From an uncultured Spirochaetaceae bacterium (GTDB lineage: Bacteria > Myxococcota_A > UBA9160 > UBA4427): a DNA stretch of 59,678 bases. Below are positions 55,601-59,678 of this stretch, piece by piece; positions within the stretch are counted from its first letter, which is position 1, and every line of letters starts with the position of its first letter. The notes beneath the pieces are model-generated. The model did not search any database. It saw only the letters and a program-made list of their open reading frames with translations, and had not been told where the DNA came from. The translations under genes were made by a program, and so were the position numbers. The stretch spans positions 1,124 to 60,801 of the forward strand of contig CAYWGW010000003.1 in the NCBI GenBank assembly GCA_964457385.1. Reading direction: 5' to 3'.

Positions 55601-58055
55601 GGCCCGTGATGACGTCGATGGGGGCGTTGCCGTCGCCCTCGCGGACGCCGATCGAGCTCGCGATCATCCGGATGTCGCCACCGACGGCGTCGCTGGCGCA
55701 GGAGCCGGAGCAGCGGCTGTCGATCAGACCGTCGACTGTGAGATCGGGCGCCCGCCCGACCGGATCGACGCGGTCCTGGAGTCGGGGATCGCCGCTCGGG
55801 CTCGCGAGGGTGATGGGGTTGCCGTTGGGGTCGATGAGGCCGCTGCGCAGGTCGACGAGGCCGCCGTCGGTGTCGATCGTCCGTCCCGCCTGGAGCTCGA
55901 TGAAGCTGCCCTGGGCACGGAAATCACCGCCCCCGGTCGAGACGTCCGCCGCGAGCGTGACGCCGCCTTCGGTCCGATCGAGATCGAAGGCTCCGCCCGT
56001 CGGCACGGTCTGGGCGAGATCGTTGGCGCGCAGCACCACCGAGAGCTCGAAGCGGGCGTCGGGATCGCTACCCGCGACGACCTCGAGGGCGTCGTTGATC
56101 TCGATGTCGTTGGCGGCGAGCAGGGTCAGGGTCGCCCGGGTGCCCGCGAGCACGTCGTCGGTCGAGATCGTGAAGCCGTCGGTGACGACGATGTTGCCGG
56201 CCTCGCTGCCCGGATCGAGGCCGAAGACCTGGGTCGAGAGCGTGATGTTGGTTCCGACGGCGAGCGCGCGGGCGAGCAGGTCGGGGCTCAGGATGTTGGG
56301 GGCGGGGACCTCGTCGTCCCCGACTACGGTGCGAAGGATGCCGTCGAAGCCGGCCTCGTCGAAGTCGGGGTCGAGCACGGCCTCGACCGCCTTGTTCAGG
56401 CAGCCGATGTTGTCGCCGGGGCAGTCCTGGGCGGCGTTCGAGATCTCGATGTCGAGGGGATCGATCAGCCAATCGCCCGAGCTGCCGCCGGGGGCTCCGA
56501 CGTCGGGAGGCGCGTCGACGGCGAGTCGCAGCAGGCCCGAGGTCTCGACGAAGCCGCCGTTGCCGCCCTCACTGCCGCCGCGTGCGGAGATGGAGCCGGC
56601 GACGTAGGCGAGTTCCTCGGCGAAGACGATGACCCTTCCGCCGTCTCCCTCTTCGAGGGCATCGGCGTGGATCTCGCTCTCCTCGTCGACGATCACCGCC
56701 CGCGCCCGCTGCAGATCGCCCTGTCCCTGCTGGTCGCCGCCGATCCGGATCGTGCCGCCGCCGGCCGGGCCGGAGGCCTCGGCCAAAGCGTCTTCCAGCA
56801 CGACGATCGAGCCCGTGATGTCGATCTCGCCCCCCGTCGCGTCTTCACCGGGGTCGGAGGTCGGTGCGTGGTGGCTCGCGTCGAGGTGGCCCGAGACGTG
56901 GACGCGACCGTTCGGGCCGCCTTCGAGGCTGATCCGCTGGGCCGTGATCGAGGCGGGTGCCTCCGCCGTGCCCCGGCCCTGGCGGATGGCGAAGCCGAGG
57001 GGATCGGAGGCGGCGAGGCGGACGTGGCCGACGCCGGCATCGATGCGCCCGTGGTTCTCGACCGCATACTGCGTCTCGCTCCCGGCCCCGCTGCTCGCGC
57101 CCGAGCCGCCGGCGCCCCGGTTCGGGATCTGGATCAGCACGGGATCGTCGAACCGGGTCAGGTAGACGGCGTCGGCGCCCGCCATCAGCAGGCTGCCGTC
57201 GTCGATCACGATCTCGCCGAAATTGACGACCCGGCCGCCCATCAACGCGGCGTTGGAGGCGCGCAGGACGCCCGAGTTCTCGACGTGTCCCTCGCCGAGC
57301 AGGGCGGCGAAGTAGGCGCGGGAGACCTCGAGGTCGTCGGTCAGCGCGCTCCACTCGGGCAGCCACAGCTGCTGGCCGCCCAGCATCAGCAGATCGCCGC
57401 CGGCCGCGATCTCGCCGGCGTTGAGGACGGTGTGGCCGAGCAGCGCCACGATGCCGTCGCTGCGGATCAGGCCGTGGTTCTCGACCGTGCCTTCGAGTCG
57501 GATCGAGAGGGGGTCGCCGGCCATGAAGGCGTCGCGGGAGACGTCGCCGGCGACGGCGACCAGATTGGCGACGTCGATCACGGCGGTATTGCCGATGAAG
57601 ATGCCGAAGGGATTCGAGAAGGCGACCGTGCCATTCGAGAGCACGCTGCCGTTCAGCTGGCTCGGATGCTGGGCACCGATGTAGTTGAGCACGGCCGAGC
57701 GGTCGGTCACGTTCTCGAAGTGGAAGTTGAGGACGTTGCCCGCAGGTTGCTGGAGATCCTGCCAGCCGATGGTCGTGCGATCGGTGGAGATCGAGAAGCT
57801 CGTCTCGCCGGCCATGCTGTTGTCGAGGGAGACGGCGTTCGGGTCGAAGGTGGTGTTATTGGGGTCCTGGAACTCGTCGCCGGCGCGCAGGGGCGTCGAG
57901 GTCGTCGTGACGAAGGCGACGAGAACGAGCCGGGCGATCAGCCGCCGGCGCCGATCCCGCCGCCGACGATCGGTGCTGCGCGGGCGAGGGCCGGCGGTGC
58001 GCGTGTGGCTCGCCGTGCTAGTAGCCGTGCTAGTAGAGGATGCTGAACAGGACAT
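49608..58055 (-). CDS. Two-partner-secretion exoprotein (TpsA, filamentous-haemagglutinin-like), 2815 aa
   Basis: It has an N-terminal basic/hydrophobic signal. The TPS (haemagg_act) domain follows ('GNVLNFHFENVTDRSAVLNYIGAQHPSQLNGSVLSNGTVAFSNPFGIFIGNTAVIDV'). About 2,400 aa of G/D/A/T-rich beta-helix-type sequence come next, and then a distinct C-terminal module. The start overlaps the tpsB stop by 26 nt. Confidence 0.9.
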   Translation of the reverse strand: MSCSASSTSTATSTASHTRTAGPRPRSTDRRRRDRRRRLIARLVLVAFVTTTSTPLRAGDEFQDPNNTTFDPNAVSLDNSMAGETSFSISTDRTTIGWQDLQQPAGNVLNFHFENVTDRSAVLNYIGAQHPSQLNGSVLSNGTVAFSNPFGIFIGNTAVIDVANLVAVAGDVSRDAFMAGDPLSIRLEGTVENHGLIRSDGIVALLGHTVLNAGEIAAGGDLLMLGGQQLWLPEWSALTDDLEVSRAYFAALLGEGHVENSGVLRASNAALMGGRVVNFGEIVIDDGSLLMAGADAVYLTRFDDPVLIQIPNRGAGGSGASSGAGSETQYAVENHGRIDAGVGHVRLAASDPLGFAIRQGRGTAEAPASITAQRISLEGGPNGRVHVSGHLDASHHAPTSDPGEDATGGEIDITGSIVVLEDALAEASGPAGGGTIRIGGDQQGQGDLQRARAVIVDEESEIHADALEEGDGGRVIVFAEELAYVAGSISARGGSEGGNGGFVETSGLLRLAVDAPPDVGAPGGSSGDWLIDPLDIEISNAAQDCPGDNIGCLNKAVEAVLDPDFDEAGFDGILRTVVGDDEVPAPNILSPDLLARALAVGTNITLSTQVFGLDPGSEAGNIVVTDGFTISTDDVLAGTRATLTLLAANDIEINDALEVVAGSDPDARFELSVVLRANDLAQTVPTGGAFDLDRTEGGVTLAADVSTGGGDFRAQGSFIELQAGRTIDTDGGLVDLRSGLIDPNGNPITLASPSGDPRLQDRVDPVGRAPDLTVDGLIDSRCSGSCASDAVGGDIRMIASSIGVREGDGNAPIDVITGRLLLGASGALQSGGGDIQLTAGSSAQGQTVPFAGSIDLQGSIASEGGNVSVVASRIDPDQAVDGASVDFIEPDPGAAVLRGEGGEITASGPITTEGGTLSFGGDLTRSVVLDGLFDTTVADDSDNGLFRVIARDLASRNESADLFGNGTIAIGSRAATTIRSAGLKLEARDITTSDAALPQTVALIAEGETDATFADDTDDDTDDGADDGDVVAGAIDIEGERQIHLGEDTLLIAETIDLRAAQSPTALSEDERANSETRLVFAGTNAPGAAAAEGVRLHAGNISIDVGDGVTSTADGLAAPTEDEDQPGVPTDFGLARQTRADFAGLQLRGLDAAGNPDVTARPEAVSIRQDGALTVVAANGGGAGELALANAFGGNAVGAEGLDITLESSDGVLGIDDVAGLVDDGGPSRVTLNGGLLLPVLADDTVDADGNPLDQPIVFAASLPAAAIAAESLRLTSPGDFRVGSLLAAQLGNLGTLEIEAGRQTGVANAAGRGDLTIDAGVSLAASDRLSLRGGASGLGDLIFAGPGTTLAADEIELRAGQGTVDDNAAQSTLSRIVGLHVDPAGPDPQPVSIRDGGGNAFGGVGSTARSFVFRQDAGIAVGDLPSLDQFGLTPGTGFRTGPERVGYAVRSDQGSIVLDDGVAGTNEGELFRNADLSLVGLESGGNPAIQASSDFEFVGRHVELGGVRGFDFSQVLADAFNRTATNERERITLRAGLGQAGILAFAPATGQSVVRVVGPRIDLVAGDGVGGTSGSRVDFSRAEFDLTGVPGAEQTFLLQQDSEIDGGSLPAPDQFVGGNAGLPDVLVLRTDGDGLVFSDVDFASLPLDITDDPGRLVLEGPSLTLRRSDGTDLDLTADPALANLRIRLRTNDLFLSALGEDVDGNGASVRAGTTAPTPGSQTDAAFDDERLLIEGFDDEADLATAGNLSRLSEDPDAPGFFDLAQGLGPRAITREQEGDILAVDLPDRGSISGLLARATPDPETSPDDDTPVPTNLTLIGLDATVEIAPEKVSGSALFLIGAAASVDQSAFQFAPGSGPSPGLFELESLSAITADSIIVADGTQIEANEEIRLAAGSTDATLPDVETTVFGRLIFEDGPGTTSLTANQISLNAGGSVALSNPDADGDGARETIDDGLLPAIDFSGLDGLTRVGELEGSSLSIRQNAGLDLSEDGDLDGNPDFDLLRALASRTSANAWESVDLASVQGDIIVDGLEVLAAVAGNLTIQPGTDTGGRGRAIVNVPNPTAVSAPFAGFPDLSPFTGFDDFGGTVEIQSNDLTFQTDDPGTAINLASNHLRLVSDDFFADLDADGSPFALRDDSNPTRPILRVRQAADFTNTQLPRLDQYFQAELDIDPQTFQIIENIVQRDSLEGIDIQLQRTAPGGTLSFTDALRDRVSTTNLILISAGDVAIDLTSPTPGLDELDRAALQLASLEIRTGVDAADPDQPSGDGSIFFSIAGFPAPGSPFAGDDAPPAIATEGDQLFDGTVVLATSLDTAGRDIRFNDDVRQSDPDAGLTVRTSGQTAFAGDLGGALPGEELAHLDILFDRDAPEAAHVEFGRREDLDDDGFAESPVDSGVQSVRVRDDIVFRVGAADARRTRSSLFATVGKAAGDLLLASTDGNIFFGAAADAGSPNGFVAGSGEKLSVGGTATLEARNGQVVLGDAAALTLAVTAPEIFLLRRSSGTFTDLAGETQPDAGPSISANAFAFEDPSGSPLVPEIVGQGKTPIFGVVNPFDPALPAFLNDLSVFAVRPNGRPLEVTDFRFRSGAPSDLSRTPALPPTGPSRSDLSGAFGPVEVPTASLPVGEPNRLENPQRLRELGVDPIETPASVMRARVRGAAIIDDLGLRDETRLVRVSEARLDAADAEAAIALSEELFGTEGERSDEIRRILQEAIDQYLETTRARRVIGFELRRFVKNRPSTLFAAYETLQSLERLFRYQRRLGLSPGEYRPIQAEWLRQIQPDGITLDELAETIHPSRYVRGSDILDIFGR

Positions 58056-59678
58056 GGATCTCCTGATCTCCGACGTCGGAAGACTCGGAGATCCGGTCCG
58101 ACGTGTCTTTCAGGGCCGTGGCCCAGTCGATGCGGGCACGGAAGTTCGAGCGGATCTGGAGCTCGGCGCCGATGCCCGCGCCAATCAGGGTCTGGTCGGG
58201 CTCGATCGGGTTGGAGATCGCGCTGCCGTTTCGGATCGCCCGGCCGGCGTCGATGAACGCGCGGAACATCAGATCCCAATCCGGCCGGCCGTAGACCTGC
58301 TGAGGCGCGGCGCGGAAGCTGCCCAGCAGCGGGAGCTCCATCGGCTCGCGCTGGATCGGCAGCGCGCGGGGGATGTGGAAGCGGTACTCGAGGGATCCGA
58401 CCACGATGGTGTCGCCGACCGCCACCGACTGATCGTAGCCGCGGACGCTGAAGAGCCCGCCGATCACCTGGCTCGCCTGGGGCACCAGCCGGAAGTCGAA
58501 GGCGTACTGGCCGCGCACGCCGATGGCGATCTCGTGGGCGAGGGTCGAGCTCAGCTCCGTCGACGGATCGCGCCAGGCCTCGGGCCGCAGCAGCGGCTCG
58601 AGGAAGGTGGAGTAGCCGAGGTCGAAGTTCAGCACGGCGTACTGGCCATCGGCATCCTGGCGGCCCAGGCGCTCGATCTCGTCGCGGCTGGTATCTCCGA
58701 CCGAGCCCTCGGCGCTGACGTCGAAGGTCAGGTTCGAGACCTGGTTGATGCGCTCGGCGTGGATCCCGCCCCGGGGCAGGATGAAGAGCTGGCTCGGGGT
58801 CCGGCCCGGCGCGGCCTCGTTGTCGACCTCCACGTCCCGGAACCGGAGCCCGCCCCAGAGGTCGACGAAGAAATCCCGGTACTGGAACGTCTCGTAGATG
58901 AGGCGGCCGCCGTATTGGATCTGCTGGCTCGTCACGCGGTCGTTCGTCAGGGCCTGGAAGGTCGGTGAGTCGTCCGCCTCGAAGCGTCCGTAGCCGGCCT
59001 CGATCTCCCAGCGCAGCCGATCCACGCCCCACCACGGAATGCGTTCCCGGGGCAGCCAGTCGAGCCAGCCGGAGTCGCCCTGGCGTCGGCTCATCCAACC
59101 CGGGCGCTCGGACCCGAAGAAGGGCGCCTGATAGCGCGCGTTGATCGAGTTGACCGCCTCGAGATCGGCGTTCAGGTACTCGATCGAGAGCACGTCGTCG
59201 CGATTGGTGAGCTGCCGATGCACCGCTCCGAGACGCGTCTGCCAGGGGTTGGTCCGTCGCGTGCCCGTGTTCGTCACCTGGCCGTAGAGGAACCAGGGGC
59301 GGGATTCCATGACCCGGTAGTCGAGGACCACGTCCCCGGGCTCCGTCGCGGGCGAGAGCGCAGCCTCGACCCGGCGTCCGGAGTGGCGGTTCAAGCGGAA
59401 GAGGTAGTCCTCGAGGGCGCGCCGGTCGACGAGCTCCGTGGCCTCCTCGTCAGCGCTCTCCGCGGGCTGCAGGGGCGATTGGCGACGGATGCCGGCGTGG
59501 AGCTCATGATCGATCTTCCAATCGTCCTTGATCCGGTCCCCGACGGCGAGGGTGCGGACCTGGTCGATGCGGCCGACGCGCACGACGATCTCGAGGGCGG
59601 TCCGTTCCGGGGGGCGAAGGTCCTGCTCCGACTCGAGATCGATGTCGCGATCCGAGGGGCGGACGTCGATGCCGTAGA
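58030..59678 (-). CDS. TpsB outer-membrane transporter (ShlB/FhaC/HecB family), N-terminus beyond the window
   Basis: The frame stays open from 59583 to the window end (…YGIDVRPSDRDIDLESEQDLRPPERTALEIVVRVGRIDQVRT…, POTRA-like). The rest is Omp85-type beta-barrel sequence ending in 'DQEIHVLFSILY', an aromatic terminus. Confidence 0.85.
   Translation of the reverse strand, partial: YGIDVRPSDRDIDLESEQDLRPPERTALEIVVRVGRIDQVRTLAVGDRIKDDWKIDHELHAGIRRQSPLQPAESADEEATELVDRRALEDYLFRLNRHSGRRVEAALSPATEPGDVVLDYRVMESRPWFLYGQVTNTGTRRTNPWQTRLGAVHRQLTNRDDVLSIEYLNADLEAVNSINARYQAPFFGSERPGWMSRRQGDSGWLDWLPRERIPWWGVDRLRWEIEAGYGRFEADDSPTFQALTNDRVTSQQIQYGGRLIYETFQYRDFFVDLWGGLRFRDVEVDNEAAPGRTPSQLFILPRGGIHAERINQVSNLTFDVSAEGSVGDTSRDEIERLGRQDADGQYAVLNFDLGYSTFLEPLLRPEAWRDPSTELSSTLAHEIAIGVRGQYAFDFRLVPQASQVIGGLFSVRGYDQSVAVGDTIVVGSLEYRFHIPRALPIQREPMELPLLGSFRAAPQQVYGRPDWDLMFRAFIDAGRAIRNGSAISNPIEPDQTLIGAGIGAELQIRSNFRARIDWATALKDTSDRISESSDVGDQEIHVLFSILY

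Noticed and set aside
56900-57900. 'VENH/VENS' strings in TpsA (TVENHGLI, HVENSGVL, AVENHGRI) as possible CdiA VENN pretoxin boundaries.
   Set aside because: They recur near the N-terminus within the TPS/beta-helix repeats and are followed by about 2,400 more residues. They are not at a C-terminal toxin junction.

Overview
59.7-kb, very GC-rich bacterial chromosomal segment (roughly 68-70% G+C by eye, not computed), densely coding on both strands. Most of it is core or housekeeping. In order:
- priA (partial), then a TetR-adaptor-RND efflux operon.
- A co-directional block on the minus strand: ffs (SRP RNA)-dnaX-ybaB-recR-mglB-mglA.
- A redox and catabolic neighbourhood: SnoaL-like, LLM/F420-type oxidoreductase, SDR, cytochrome P450 and two TetR genes.
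- An acyltransferase-3/DUF2147 fusion next to tRNA-Ser(CGA).
- infA, a stand-alone EF-G, an H1-like basic protein, and TerB-like and ArsC-family genes.
- A TIGR04073-like exosortase-associated protein, a MaoC hydratase / DUF35 / thiolase-like trio, and two PEP-CTERM cargo genes.
- An overlapping arsM-arsS pair, ctaA, gltA, and a GT39/GT2 glycosylation pair.
- yciH, two M16 peptidases, and a two-partner secretion locus: tpsB (partial) plus a 2815-aa tpsA.

The mglBA module, the PEP-CTERM proteins and the mt/spd-type EF-G suggest a Myxococcota/deltaproteobacteria-like lineage (inference).

I saw no CRISPR array, transposase, integrase, phage genes or rRNA. I did not find convincing evidence for a wholly new multi-gene system. 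The least explained items are:
- the non-repetitive C-terminal module of the giant TpsA;
- the thiolase-like/DUF35/MaoC trio;
- the arsM-arsS pair with its long upstream gap;
- the long ORF-poor leaders of the PEP-CTERM genes;
- several hypothetical proteins.

The many long Arg/Pro/Gly-rich ORFs antisense to real genes are high-GC artefacts.
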